From an uncultured Roseibium sp. (GTDB lineage: Bacteria; Pseudomonadota; Alphaproteobacteria; Rhizobiales; Stappiaceae), in NCBI RefSeq assembly GCF_947499295.1, contig NZ_CANMNP010000021.1:2092-66091 (forward strand): a stretch of 64,000 nt of DNA. The letters run 5' to 3'. The translations under genes were made by a program, and so were the position numbers. Within the stretch, counting starts at the first letter, position 1. The number at the start of each line of letters is the position of its first letter. A model generated the notes under the pieces. The model ran no database searches, was not told the origin of the DNA, and saw nothing but the letters and a program-made list of their open reading frames with translations. This document shows, one piece after another, positions 39,885 through 49,635 of the stretch.

Positions 39885-40472
39885 CTAGTCTCCCAGCAAA
39901 CCGCTGGCGATAACCAGACTTTGCGCGACATCTATAATCTTGCGGCTTTGGTTCATGGCTGTTCTGCGCAGAAGATCGTAGGCCTCCTGCTCTGACAGCC
40001 CTTTCGATTTCATCAAGATACCTTTGGCCCGGTCGACAGTTTTCCGATCGGCAAGTTCTGTTCGCGCTTCTTCAAGGTCACTCGCAAGTTTTGAAAAAGC
40101 GCGGAAGCGGCTGATCGCCATATCCAGTATGGGCTTGACCCGTTCCCGTCGGAGCCCGTCAACAACATACGCCGAGACACCGGCATCGACTGCAGCTTCA
40201 ATCGACTGACTGTCGGCACTGTCCACGAACATGGCAATCGGTCTGTGAACCGCCCGTGACACCTGAAACATGTGTTCGAGCTGATCGCGATTTGGATTTT
40301 CCAGATCGATAACAATTACATCGGGATTGATGTCGGCAATTTGCCGAACGAGACCGTCCATCTGATGAACGACAATGACTTTGTCATGTCCCGCGTCCTG
40401 CAAGCCTTCTTCGATGATCGACGCTCGGATCTTGTTGTCATCTATGACCAGTATGGACAAACCACCATTCAT
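39885..40472 (-). CDS. nasT: ANTAR-domain RNA antiterminator (receiver-like + ANTAR)
   Basis: ILVIDDN receiver-like domain and DRKTVDRAKGILM...AYDLLRRTAMNQ ANTAR domain. Start at ATG 40472. Confidence 0.92.
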   Translation of the reverse strand: MNGGLSILVIDDNKIRASIIEEGLQDAGHDKVIVVHQMDGLVRQIADINPDVIVIDLENPNRDQLEHMFQVSRAVHRPIAMFVDSADSQSIEAAVDAGVSAYVVDGLRRERVKPILDMAISRFRAFSKLASDLEEARTELADRKTVDRAKGILMKSKGLSEQEAYDLLRRTAMNQSRKIIDVAQSLVIASGLLGD

Positions 40473-40733
40473 GCCGCCATTATGCGCAGGACTATTTTTT
40501 ATGCAATCAATTTGCTGCACTGCGTCATTTCAATTCCTGAGAGCAAGGCAACAAGGCTAACATTGCCACCCAACCTTTCTTTTTGGGCCGTGTTTGTTTC
40601 ACGAAGAATGCCCACAGGTTTGGTTCCTGTTTGATATGGTCGTAGTGCTTTCCCCTTCTGGGGAACTGCGCTTATGGTTCTTCGGCGCGTTTTGAAAGTT
40701 TCATCTGGCTTTGCAGGGCATCGGCCTTCCGGC

Positions 40734-41120
40734 TCAGGCGTATTCGTCGATCATGCTGACATGAGCCGCCACGACCTGCCATCCTGCATCCGTCCTGACC
40801 CAGGTCTGCATCTGGCGGCCGACCTTGCCCGGAGACGTGTCGCGGTAGAAGAGCGTTGCGGCTGTCGCAAAATCGGCTCCGTAGGTGGTAATGACGGTCT
40901 TGGCCAATGTCCGATCAAGATTGCCACCGGCCCTTGCCGACCGGAACGCGGCGATTTCAGCGTAGCCGTAGAGATTTTCCCCACCGCCATAGCGGATCGT
41001 GGTCGGCGCGTTCAGGAACAGCCGGTCCAGCGTATCGACATCATTGCTCACCAGCGCCGTCTCATATTCCTCGAAAACCGCCTCGACCTCTGCCTTAACG
41101 GCTGCGATGTTGATCTCCAT
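40734..41120 (-). CDS. atzH: AtzH/HpxZ-like protein (DUF3225, NTF2 fold)
   Basis: YETALVSNDVDTLD, IRYGGGENLYG, GRQMQTWVR and VAAHVS motifs. Linked to atzG/atzE. Confidence 0.85.
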   Translation of the reverse strand: MEINIAAVKAEVEAVFEEYETALVSNDVDTLDRLFLNAPTTIRYGGGENLYGYAEIAAFRSARAGGNLDRTLAKTVITTYGADFATAATLFYRDTSPGKVGRQMQTWVRTDAGWQVVAAHVSMIDEYA

Positions 41121-41896
41121 CAGTCTTGGCTCCCTGCAGTTTCCATGCGTGCACGCAGTTTATTTAGGAACGGGATGTCCCGGTACTGGTCCGGCTGCAC
41201 TTTATCCCAGGCGACACCGCGCGGCTGTGCGAAGGCCGTCCCGGTCTCGATAAGTTCCGCTTCCGTCGCGATGGCATGCAGCGGGCTGTCATGACCCATC
41301 ATCACCAGCCGGTCGTTGTCTACGACCTGTGAAGAATGCACCGTCGTCGTGATCGGCGCGTTCGGTTTCAGCTTCGAGAGTTCACGAAAGATGCCGAGTT
41401 CCAGGTCGGCAAATCCGCCGCCCTTTCCCGTGCGCGCGCCCTGACGGCTGACCGCAACGCAACCGACGACAACAAAATCCAGAAGCTCCATATCCTCGAA
41501 CTCGACCGGGTCGCCATGTTCGACGAAGCCTTGCGAGGTCGCCGCCAGTTCGAACTGGATACCTTTGCGCGCAAGTGTTTCGGGGTCCAGCCGGACGAAG
41601 GGAAAAGGCTTCAGGAGTTCCGGAACGGGCGCATAGACGATCTTGCCCTCGTAGAGCGCGCGCAGCCGGACCGGAATCTGCGGCGGATCGGGATTGCACT
41701 TGACGACCCTGGCCGCCTGCCATTCCGGCAGCCTGGCAAGGTTGCGAGCCGCCAAGTCCGCGCCGGCGAAATTCGGGATGCAGCTGAAAGCGGGCCCAAT
41801 GCTGGTCCCGCTGTCTTCGAGACCGGCCCAGACCGCCTGCCGGATATTGTCCTTGTCCTGATTCCGGCCCGCCCAGCGCGCGTTGTCCATGATCAT
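41120..41896 (-). CDS. 5-formyl-THF cyclo-ligase paralog (COG0212/MTHFSD-like)
   Basis: IPNFAGA, VKCNPDPPQ, DFVVVGCVAV and RTGKGGGFADLE motifs. Start at ATG 41896, overlapping the atzE stop; its own stop overlaps the atzH start. Confidence 0.8.
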   Translation of the reverse strand: MIMDNARWAGRNQDKDNIRQAVWAGLEDSGTSIGPAFSCIPNFAGADLAARNLARLPEWQAARVVKCNPDPPQIPVRLRALYEGKIVYAPVPELLKPFPFVRLDPETLARKGIQFELAATSQGFVEHGDPVEFEDMELLDFVVVGCVAVSRQGARTGKGGGFADLELGIFRELSKLKPNAPITTTVHSSQVVDNDRLVMMGHDSPLHAIATEAELIETGTAFAQPRGVAWDKVQPDQYRDIPFLNKLRARMETAGSQD

Positions 41897-43311
41897 GTCC
41901 CCTGGCTCACAAGTTCGGCCCGCCGGGCCGCGACTGGCGCTTTGCAGGTGCCGTCCTGCTCGAGGCGCGACGCAATCCTGAGCGCGATATCCTCCCGCCA
42001 CGCCGGTGCGATCACCTGGACGCCGATCGGAAGCGAAGCCTCTTCAAGCCAGACCGGCACCGCGACGACAGGCAGGCCGATAAAGGAGATCGGTTGGGTG
42101 AAGAGGCCGATATTCGGCCGCGCGGGCATAGTCTCCCCGTCGAGCGTGATGGTTTTCGTTCCGGAGGGAAGCGCCGAGAACGGCGTTGCTGGTGCCAGTA
42201 AGGCATCGACATGCTCGAAGATGCCGCGCATCATCGCCCGGAACCAGCTTCGGAAGCGCTGTGCCTGTTGCACCCAGAGGGCAGGGACCATGGTGCCGGA
42301 CAGGAACCTGTCGCGCGTGTCCGGATCGAAGTCCTGCGGCCTGTTGGTGATCCGCTCGAGATGAAGGGCGGCACCTTCCGCCACAGTGATCACATAGGCG
42401 GACGCGCGCGCCCTCGCAGCTTCGGGAATGTCGATTTCAGCCGAGACGCCAAGCGCGTTGGCAACCGCGTCCACGGCAGCAAGAGCTTCCGGTTCGGCTT
42501 TCTGCCTGAAATAGCCTCCGGCGACGGCGATCCGCAGGCCATCCGTGCCCTTTACCAGCTCCCCGCCCGTTGACAGGACCGGCCGATCCGGTTGGGCCGG
42601 ATCGCTGATGTCGCGTCCCTGCAGCGCATCGAACACCAGCGCAAGATCCTGCGCCGAGCGGGCCAGAGGGCCGAGATGATCGAGACTGCCGACAAACGGA
42701 AAGGTTCCGTGGCGCGACAGACGGCCATAGGTAGGTTTCAGCCCGAACAGGCCGCAGAAAGAAGAGGGCACGCGGATGGAGCCGTTGGTGTCCGAACCGA
42801 GGGTAACGGGAACCATGCCGCTGGCCACCGCCGAACCGGCTCCGGAAGAGGAGCCACCGCTCATGCGGCCGGGATCGTGCGGATTGAGGCAATTCCCGTC
42901 ATGTGCGTTTTCGCCGGTAAAGTCATAGGCGTATTCGCCCATGTGCAAGCCGCCCATCAGGATACCGCCGGCCCGGCACAGCTTGGTTGTCAGGGTCGCA
43001 TCGGTCGTGGCCGGCAGGTTTTCCAGGTTGATCTTCGACCCGGCCCGGGTCACCAAACCCTTGATGTCGAACAGGTTCTTGACCGCGAAAGGCACCCCGG
43101 CCAGAGGCAGATCCGCACCGACGGCAATCGCAGCATCAACGCTCTCGGCCTCGGCCATGGCCCGATCCGCGGTCACATCGGTGAACGCATTGAAAACCGG
43201 GTTGAGCGTCTCGATCCGCGACAGCGACGACCGGACGACGTCGACTGCCCTCAGCTCGCCAGATCCGACGGCGGAGGCAATCGCGGCCGCGCTTTCCGGT
43301 ACAGCGCTCAT
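41893..43311 (-). CDS. atzE: AtzE-family amidase (1-carboxybiuret hydrolase-like)
   Basis: Amidase signature KNLF, GGSSSG and GSDTNGSIR; YDFTGEN; RPNIGLFTQP. Confidence 0.88.
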   Translation of the reverse strand: MSAVPESAAAIASAVGSGELRAVDVVRSSLSRIETLNPVFNAFTDVTADRAMAEAESVDAAIAVGADLPLAGVPFAVKNLFDIKGLVTRAGSKINLENLPATTDATLTTKLCRAGGILMGGLHMGEYAYDFTGENAHDGNCLNPHDPGRMSGGSSSGAGSAVASGMVPVTLGSDTNGSIRVPSSFCGLFGLKPTYGRLSRHGTFPFVGSLDHLGPLARSAQDLALVFDALQGRDISDPAQPDRPVLSTGGELVKGTDGLRIAVAGGYFRQKAEPEALAAVDAVANALGVSAEIDIPEAARARASAYVITVAEGAALHLERITNRPQDFDPDTRDRFLSGTMVPALWVQQAQRFRSWFRAMMRGIFEHVDALLAPATPFSALPSGTKTITLDGETMPARPNIGLFTQPISFIGLPVVAVPVWLEEASLPIGVQVIAPAWREDIALRIASRLEQDGTCKAPVAARRAELVSQGT

Positions 43312-43493
43312 GCCTCGAACACCGGAGCAGCTTCGATGTCTTCCCCGAGTGGGAAGGACAGCACAAGTTCTGCGGCTTTCTGCGTGGCGGCGATATGGGC
43401 TTCCACGACGGGACGCCAGTCGTCCTCAATGGCCAGCCCCATGATTTTTTCCATGTGGGCGACATGCGAATTGGCATCGAATTCAGCGCTCAT
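43308..43493 (-). CDS. atzG: AtzG-like small subunit (DUF4089)
   Basis: 61 aa ending LVLSFPLGEDIEAAPVFEA, directly upstream of atzE. GGGAG RBS before ATG 43493. Confidence 0.8.
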   Translation of the reverse strand: MSAEFDANSHVAHMEKIMGLAIEDDWRPVVEAHIAATQKAAELVLSFPLGEDIEAAPVFEA

Positions 43494-43510
43494 GGACACT
43501 CCCGTTATTG

Positions 43511-44170
43511 CTATATTGCTTTTTCGAACGAAGCCAGCGGCGCGGTCCAGCCGACAATGCCGCCCTGCGCGCGGATCATGTCGAGTGTCGCCGCCTTGAA
43601 CGCAGGGAAATAGCTTTCCGTCGCCTCCTCGATCAGGAGACATTCGAAGCCGCGGTCATTGGCCTCGCGCATGGTTGTCTGGACGCAGACTTCCGTGGTA
43701 ACGCCGGCAAAGACCAGGCTTCTCGCACCAAGCTCTTCCAGGATAATGCCCAGCTCCGTTGCGTAGAACGCGCCCTTGCCAGGTTTGTCGATGACGGTTT
43801 CCCCGGCGACCGGCGCGCACTCGGCGATGATCTCGGCACCCGGCTCGCCCTGGATCAGGATCCGCCCCATAGGCCCGATGTCGCCAATCCGAAGCGCCGG
43901 GCTGCCACGGTCCCGTTTGGCGGGCGGACAGTTGCTCAGGTCCTGCGCATGCGTCTCCCGCGTATGGATGACAGGCCAGCCCTCCTCCCTGAACAGGCGA
44001 AGCAGCATTGCCGTTGGGGCGATGGCCCGTTGCATGTGGGAGATATCGTTGCCGAGCGTCTCGCCGAAGCCGCCCGGCTCTATGAAATCCCGCTGCATGT
44101 CGATGACGACCAGGGCCGTTGCGGCGGGGTCAAACGTGAACTCGAAAGGCGAAGCATCGACCGTGATCAT
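43511..44170 (-). CDS. trtA: Isochorismatase-like cysteine hydrolase, triuret hydrolase-like
   Basis: D-K-C triad ([26 protein letters not shown]). The GGFG..LGND, MGRIL and YFP..AQGGIVG motifs match my recollection of TrtA rather than BiuH. Start at ATG 44170. Confidence 0.72.
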   Translation of the reverse strand: MITVDASPFEFTFDPAATALVVIDMQRDFIEPGGFGETLGNDISHMQRAIAPTAMLLRLFREEGWPVIHTRETHAQDLSNCPPAKRDRGSPALRIGDIGPMGRILIQGEPGAEIIAECAPVAGETVIDKPGKGAFYATELGIILEELGARSLVFAGVTTEVCVQTTMREANDRGFECLLIEEATESYFPAFKAATLDMIRAQGGIVGWTAPLASFEKAI

Positions 44171-45711
44171 CAGTGATGCCCCGCCATTGCATGGCCGATC
44201 GTGGCCCTGTCCGTTTCCGTCATAGGCGACTGGTATGTGACCCTGCCTTCCGACATTACCGCGACCGTGTCTGCAAGCTCCAGAATCTCGTCGAGATCCT
44301 CGGACACAAGAAGGATAGCGGCACCCTTGTTGCGCTGGTCCATGATCTGCGCCCGGATTTCCGCGACCGAGGCAAAATCGAGCCCGAAACACGGGTTGGC
44401 GACGATGAGGATATCGACCTCGTGAGACAGTTCCCGCGCCAGGATCGCCCGCTGTACGTTGCCGCCGGAGAGGTTCTCGATCGGCTCTTCGGTCGAGGGG
44501 GTCTTGACCCGGTAGGCGGCAATCAACTCTCGTGCCCGCTTGCGCATCGGCGGCGGCGAAAGCCAGCCCTTGAAAGGCGAGATCGGTGCCTTGTCGAAGG
44601 TTCGGAAGGCCATGTTTTCCGCAACGCTCATGTTTGGCACGGCCACGTTTTTCAAGGGTTCCTCGGAAAAGCCGAACACCTTGAACCGGTCCATTTGGTC
44701 CCGCTCCGGTTCATAGGGCTGCTTGTCGACGAAAATCCGTCCGTCCGTTGGCTGCCGCTGCCCGGACAGGACCTCGATCAACTCGGACTGGCCATTGCCG
44801 GAAACACCTGCGATGCCGAGGATCTCACCCGCGTGGATCTTCAGGCTGATCGCCTCAATGGCAGGCAGCTCAGAATCGTCATCCGCGAACAAACCGGCAA
44901 GCTCCAGCTTCAGGGCCTTCTCCGGCTGGTCTACCCGGGCCGCGCTTTCGCGGATCTCCGTTTCGCCGATCATCATGCGGCTCATTTCCTCGACGGAGAG
45001 ATCCTGAACCCGGCCACTGTCGACGACACGCCCGCGCCGCAGCACCGTGACATCATCGGCATAGGCCGTCACTTCCCGAAACTTGTGGGTGATCATAAGA
45101 ATGGTGAGCTCGCCCGCTTCGGTCATGCCGCGCAGGAGCCCGAGCACCTCGTCCGCCTCGTCCGGCGTCAGCACCGATGTCGGCTCGTCGAGGATCAGGA
45201 AGCGCTGATCGAGGTAGAGCTGCTTCAGAATCTCCAGCTTCTGCTTTTCGCCCGCGGAAAGGCTCGAGACCTGTACATCCAGCGGGACCTTGAAGGGTGT
45301 TGTCTCGAGAAAAGCATTGAGCGCCCTGCGTTCACTCTTCCAGTCGATCACCGCCGGGGTGTCGGCGCGGGCGATGACAAGGTTTTCCGCCGCCGTCAGG
45401 GACGGCACAAGCGTGAAATGCTGATAGACCATGCCGATCCCGCACGCATGTGCCGCGCGTGGATTGGGGATCTCGACTTCGCTGTCGTCGACCAGCATCG
45501 TGCCACTTGTCGGCTGGTAGAAGCCCATCATGCATTTGACGAGCGTGGATTTCCCGGCACCGTTCTCGCCCAAAAGCGCGTGAAAGGACCCGGGTGTGAC
45601 CCGGATCGACACGTCGTCGAGTGCGGTCAGGCTCGCAAACACCTTGGTCATGCCGAGGGTTTCAACGCCAATGGCTCGGAACTCAGGGTCCGCGAACTGT
45701 GTAACACTCAT
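44170..45711 (-). CDS. CUT2/nucleoside-type ABC ATPase (two NBDs)
   Basis: [17 protein letters not shown] and LSGGNVQR motifs. Start at ATG 45711. Confidence 0.92.
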   Translation of the reverse strand: MSVTQFADPEFRAIGVETLGMTKVFASLTALDDVSIRVTPGSFHALLGENGAGKSTLVKCMMGFYQPTSGTMLVDDSEVEIPNPRAAHACGIGMVYQHFTLVPSLTAAENLVIARADTPAVIDWKSERRALNAFLETTPFKVPLDVQVSSLSAGEKQKLEILKQLYLDQRFLILDEPTSVLTPDEADEVLGLLRGMTEAGELTILMITHKFREVTAYADDVTVLRRGRVVDSGRVQDLSVEEMSRMMIGETEIRESAARVDQPEKALKLELAGLFADDDSELPAIEAISLKIHAGEILGIAGVSGNGQSELIEVLSGQRQPTDGRIFVDKQPYEPERDQMDRFKVFGFSEEPLKNVAVPNMSVAENMAFRTFDKAPISPFKGWLSPPPMRKRARELIAAYRVKTPSTEEPIENLSGGNVQRAILARELSHEVDILIVANPCFGLDFASVAEIRAQIMDQRNKGAAILLVSEDLDEILELADTVAVMSEGRVTYQSPMTETDRATIGHAMAGHH

Positions 45712-46454
45712 TTCGGCGCTCCTCCGACGGCAAGTTCCAGTCCGGCCAGCAGCGCGTCGCTGTCGGCGACCGCACCGAAAACCCCACCCTGCATGGTCAC
45801 CATCTTCAGCGCCGCCTCGTGATTGCCTGGATCGGTCGCCGCGCAGCAATCCGACACAATCAGACATTCAAAGCCGCGGTCATTGGCCTCGCGCATGGTG
45901 GTGTGCACGCAAACATCGGTGGTGATCCCGGTCAGGATCAGGTTGTCGATGCCTCGGGTTCTGAGCAGCAGTTCCAGGTCCGTGGCGCAGAAGGAGCCCT
46001 TGCCCGGTTTGTCGATAACCGGTTCGCCGTCGGCGGGCGCAAGTTCGGGAATGATCTCCCAGCCTGGCTCGCCGCGAACCAGGATCTTGCCGCAGGGACC
46101 CGGGTCACCTATCCCCGCTCCGATCTGTTGGGACCGCCAGCGCTTGTTGGCCGGCAGATCGGCGAGATCCGGGCGGTGCCCCTCGCGGGTGTGAATGATG
46201 TGATAGCCTCTGGCACGCATGGACGCGAGCACCTTGCCGATCGGCACGATCGGCGCGCGTGTCAGGCCGATATCGTAGCCCATGCTGTCTACATAACCGC
46301 CTTTGCCGCAGAAATCGGTCTGCATGTCTATGATGATCAGCGCCGTGTTCTCCGGCCTGAGATCACCGTTATAGGGCCAGCTATAGGGAACCGAGGCGAC
46401 CTGCCCCTTGACCTCGTCCGCATCGAGCGTTTGCGCAAGGCTCATGTAAGTCAC
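45708..46454 (-). CDS. biuH: Biuret hydrolase
   Basis: [52 protein letters not shown] and MQGGVFG closely match my recollection of Rhizobium BiuH. Confidence 0.88.
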   Translation of the reverse strand: MTYMSLAQTLDADEVKGQVASVPYSWPYNGDLRPENTALIIIDMQTDFCGKGGYVDSMGYDIGLTRAPIVPIGKVLASMRARGYHIIHTREGHRPDLADLPANKRWRSQQIGAGIGDPGPCGKILVRGEPGWEIIPELAPADGEPVIDKPGKGSFCATDLELLLRTRGIDNLILTGITTDVCVHTTMREANDRGFECLIVSDCCAATDPGNHEAALKMVTMQGGVFGAVADSDALLAGLELAVGGAPK

Positions 46455-47470
46455 TCCGCCGCGTCGCTGAGGGCTTTTTCACCGAAAACCCGCACCGGCT
46501 CTTCGAAGCCGCAGGAGGTTCCGTCCGTGTGCAGGACCTCGTCTTCCCATGGCAACCGGTACCGACCCGCCGCGAGATCAGTCATGTAGGTGTAGGGACA
46601 GTCCTGCGCCCCGCCCTTCACGGCAACATAGCCGCGATGGCCAAACTGGTAGATATTGTTTTCCACGCTCCAATTGATGCGCGCCTCGCGCACGAGGTCC
46701 GGCCGGACCTCGGCGGTGATGATCTCGTTCGGCCGACCGTTGGTACCGTGGGCCAGGATTGTGCCGTCGAAATTGACGATCATGCCCTCGCCCATACTGT
46801 CGAAAGTTCCGTCAGTGCCGCACATGCAGACATTGGCAGTCACCATGAGATTGCAGAACGCGTTGGACTGGTTGGTGAATTTCCAGCTGTCACGGATCGG
46901 GGCCGTGTAGCCAGCGGTCCGGATCATGATTTCCGCGCCTTTGTAAGCGCATTCGCGGGCCATTTCCGGAAACATGCCGTCATGGCAGATGATCAGCGCC
47001 ATCCTGCAGCCGTTCGGGCCGTCGATCACCGGAATGCCCTGGTCTCCTGGCTCCCACGGCTCCACCGGCACCCATGGATGCATCTTGCGGTAATAGAGCT
47101 TCAGCTCGCCGGTATTGTCGATGATTAGCCCGGAATTGTAGGGCATGCCGCCGGGATTCAGCTCCATGATGGAGAAGCAGCCCCAGATGTCGTTGTCGAC
47201 ACAGGCCTGCTTGAAGGCGGCAACCTCCGGCCCGTCGAGCGAGCACATGATGTCCGGGTTGGTGTCCATTGACAGGCCGTGCAGGGCGTATTCAGGAAAG
47301 ACGACCATATCCATGCTCGGCATGTTGCGCCGCGCCTTGGCCACCATGTCGACAATCACCTGCGTCTGGTTCGCAAGGTCGACCTCGCTCACCACCGTCG
47401 GCAGCTGCAGCTGCACCATGCCCAGGACCACGCCGTTCGGGGCTTTATTCAGTCCACCAAGTCCGCTCAT
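46451..47470 (-). CDS. Formamidase (nitrilase superfamily, AmiF-like)
   Basis: E-K-C triad: [20 protein letters not shown] and IICHDG. Confidence 0.82.
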   Translation of the reverse strand: MSGLGGLNKAPNGVVLGMVQLQLPTVVSEVDLANQTQVIVDMVAKARRNMPSMDMVVFPEYALHGLSMDTNPDIMCSLDGPEVAAFKQACVDNDIWGCFSIMELNPGGMPYNSGLIIDNTGELKLYYRKMHPWVPVEPWEPGDQGIPVIDGPNGCRMALIICHDGMFPEMARECAYKGAEIMIRTAGYTAPIRDSWKFTNQSNAFCNLMVTANVCMCGTDGTFDSMGEGMIVNFDGTILAHGTNGRPNEIITAEVRPDLVREARINWSVENNIYQFGHRGYVAVKGGAQDCPYTYMTDLAAGRYRLPWEDEVLHTDGTSCGFEEPVRVFGEKALSDAAE

Positions 47471-47481
47471 GTCGTGGCTCC

Positions 47482-48405
47482 TTATTTGGTGATCGAGAGT
47501 TCGCCCGGCGCACCCTTAAGGGACCGCCTCGGTGAGGAGCTCGCAATCATGATCAAGAGGGTGAGGATGTAGGGCGCCGCATTGAAGAAGTGATAGCCGC
47601 GCGAGATGCCGATGGACTGCAGCGCTGGTCCGAGCGCCCCTGCCGCGCCGAAGAGCAGCGCCGCCCAGAAGCAGGCGATCGGGTTCCACCTGGCAAAGAT
47701 CACCAACGCAACTGCCATCAGGCCCTGACCCGACGACAGACCTTCCGTCCAGCTGCCCGGATAGTAGAGCGACAGGAAGGAACCGCCGATGCCGGCGAAA
47801 AACCCGCCCGCCATGGTCGACAGCAACCGGACCTTGTCGACATTGATGCCGAGCGCGAGGGCTGCCGGTGCACTGTCACCGGTGGTGCGGATGGTCAGGC
47901 CGTACCGGGTGTTCTTGAGCGCCCACCAAAGGAACACGGCAAGCGCGATGCCAAGCAGGAACAGCGGATTGATTTCCAGTGCCTGGCGTACGCCCGGATG
48001 TTCGCTCCAGGTGCCGAAGGAGATCGACGGCAAGCGCGGTGCGGATGGCTGGATATAGGCCTTGCCGAAAAAGAAGGCGAGGCCCGTGCCGAACAGCATC
48101 AGGGCGATGCCGATGGCAATGTCGTTGACCTTCGGCAGCTTGCACAGATAGCCGTGCAGTGCCCCGAAGCCCGAGCCGCAGATGCCGGCGACGAGCACGC
48201 CCAGCCAGGGTAAGCCCGTGTGATAAGAAATCGCGTAACCGGACATGGCACCGAAGACGAGTGTTCCCTCGAGACCCAGATTGATGCGGCCGGATTTCTC
48301 CGTCAGCATTTCACCCAGACTGACGAACAGGAACGGGGTCGAAACCCGGATGGCTCCGGCAAACATCGCCAGAAGCACGGTCATGAGACCTGCGTCGCCG
48401 CTCAC
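47482..48405 (-). CDS. ABC permease (nucleoside/BMP type)
   Basis: GEMLTEKSGRINLGLEG and GQGLMAVALVIFARWNP motifs. Confidence 0.9.
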   Translation of the reverse strand: MSGDAGLMTVLLAMFAGAIRVSTPFLFVSLGEMLTEKSGRINLGLEGTLVFGAMSGYAISYHTGLPWLGVLVAGICGSGFGALHGYLCKLPKVNDIAIGIALMLFGTGLAFFFGKAYIQPSAPRLPSISFGTWSEHPGVRQALEINPLFLLGIALAVFLWWALKNTRYGLTIRTTGDSAPAALALGINVDKVRLLSTMAGGFFAGIGGSFLSLYYPGSWTEGLSSGQGLMAVALVIFARWNPIACFWAALLFGAAGALGPALQSIGISRGYHFFNAAPYILTLLIMIASSSPRRSLKGAPGELSITK

Positions 48406-49517
48406 AGCACCCCTCCTTTAGACCTGAAGATGGCAAAGCGTCCGTAGAAGGTTTCGGACACCAGGATGACCAGAAACAGCAGCCCCTGCAGGACCAGCAC
48501 CGTTGCATCCGGCAGGTCCATACGCCGTTGGATCAACCCACCCGAAGCGGCGATGCCTCCGAGGAAGATGGCCACGGGTATGATCACCAGTGGATTGTGG
48601 CGTGCGAGAAACGAAACAAGGATCCCGGTAAAGCCGTAGCCCGCGATCAGCGAGGCATTGGCCTTACCGTGTATGGCCGCCACCTCGAAGAATCCGGCAA
48701 GCCCCGCGCAGGCCCCCGCGATTGCGCAGGACACCACGACCAGCCGACCAACAGGCAGACCCTGCGCCTGGGCGGCCCTGAGATTGCCGCCGGCGATCTG
48801 AGCGGCAAAGCCGAAGGTGGTCCGGTTCATCAGCAGATAGAGCAGCCCGCACAGGACAACGCCGGTCAGCAGTCCCCAGTGCACGTCCGTGCCGGGGATT
48901 GCGCCGATCATGTTGTCCGAGCCGATCGGCCGTGTTGACGGCTTGTTCGGATCGGAGGGATCGCGCAGGGCGCCTTCGACGAAGAAATTCAGGATCGAGA
49001 CGGCAATGTAGAACATCAGCAACGAGGCGATAGTCTCGTTGACACCCCGGTAGTGGCGCAGCGCACCGACGCAGCCGATCCAGAGGCCACCCGCCAGCAT
49101 GGCGGCGATCACCATGACACCGAGCAGCAGGAAGCCGGGCGCCCAGTCGACCATGGGAATGGCGATCGCAGCTGCAGCGAAACCGCCGAGCACCAGCGCG
49201 CCCTCGCCGCCGATGATGACAAGCCCGAGCCGCGCCGGAACGGCAACGCACAGCGCCGTAAAAATGAACGGCGCGGAGCGCACCAGTGTATTCTGCCAGG
49301 AAAAACTCGTGCCGAAGCCGCCGCGCCAGACCAGCGAGAAGAAGTCCGCTGGAGATTTGCCGAGTGTGAGCAGGAAAATGGAGAAAAGGATGCCAGAAAA
49401 GACCAGCGCCAGAAGGGGAATTACCACATATTCCGCCGAGCGCCGAAACCTATCCAGAAGATCGGCCGCGAAGCTGGATTGAACGGCAATCCCGGGTGTT
49501 TCCGTGGTATCTGCCAT
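48402..49517 (-). CDS. ABC permease (nucleoside/BMP type)
   Basis: IGGEGAL, GVNETIASLL and GYGFTGILVSFLAR motifs. Start at ATG 49517. Confidence 0.9.
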   Translation of the reverse strand: MADTTETPGIAVQSSFAADLLDRFRRSAEYVVIPLLALVFSGILFSIFLLTLGKSPADFFSLVWRGGFGTSFSWQNTLVRSAPFIFTALCVAVPARLGLVIIGGEGALVLGGFAAAAIAIPMVDWAPGFLLLGVMVIAAMLAGGLWIGCVGALRHYRGVNETIASLLMFYIAVSILNFFVEGALRDPSDPNKPSTRPIGSDNMIGAIPGTDVHWGLLTGVVLCGLLYLLMNRTTFGFAAQIAGGNLRAAQAQGLPVGRLVVVSCAIAGACAGLAGFFEVAAIHGKANASLIAGYGFTGILVSFLARHNPLVIIPVAIFLGGIAASGGLIQRRMDLPDATVLVLQGLLFLVILVSETFYGRFAIFRSKGGVL

Positions 49518-49635
49518 ACCTTCTCCCTGAAGATTGGGCTGCTGCCGCACCATTCGTCGACAGACGCACCGAATTCCTGGCCACACCGGAGGCCCGTTTT
49601 CCAACGGGCTCGTCCAATGTGGCGGTTTTCTTCGA

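Noticed and set aside
44173-45822. 549-aa + strand ORF (and similar long antisense ORFs at 41336-42364, 42592-43599 and 62200-63066)
   Set aside because: Stop-poor antisense frames of high-GC genes; the opposite strand has clear family motifs.
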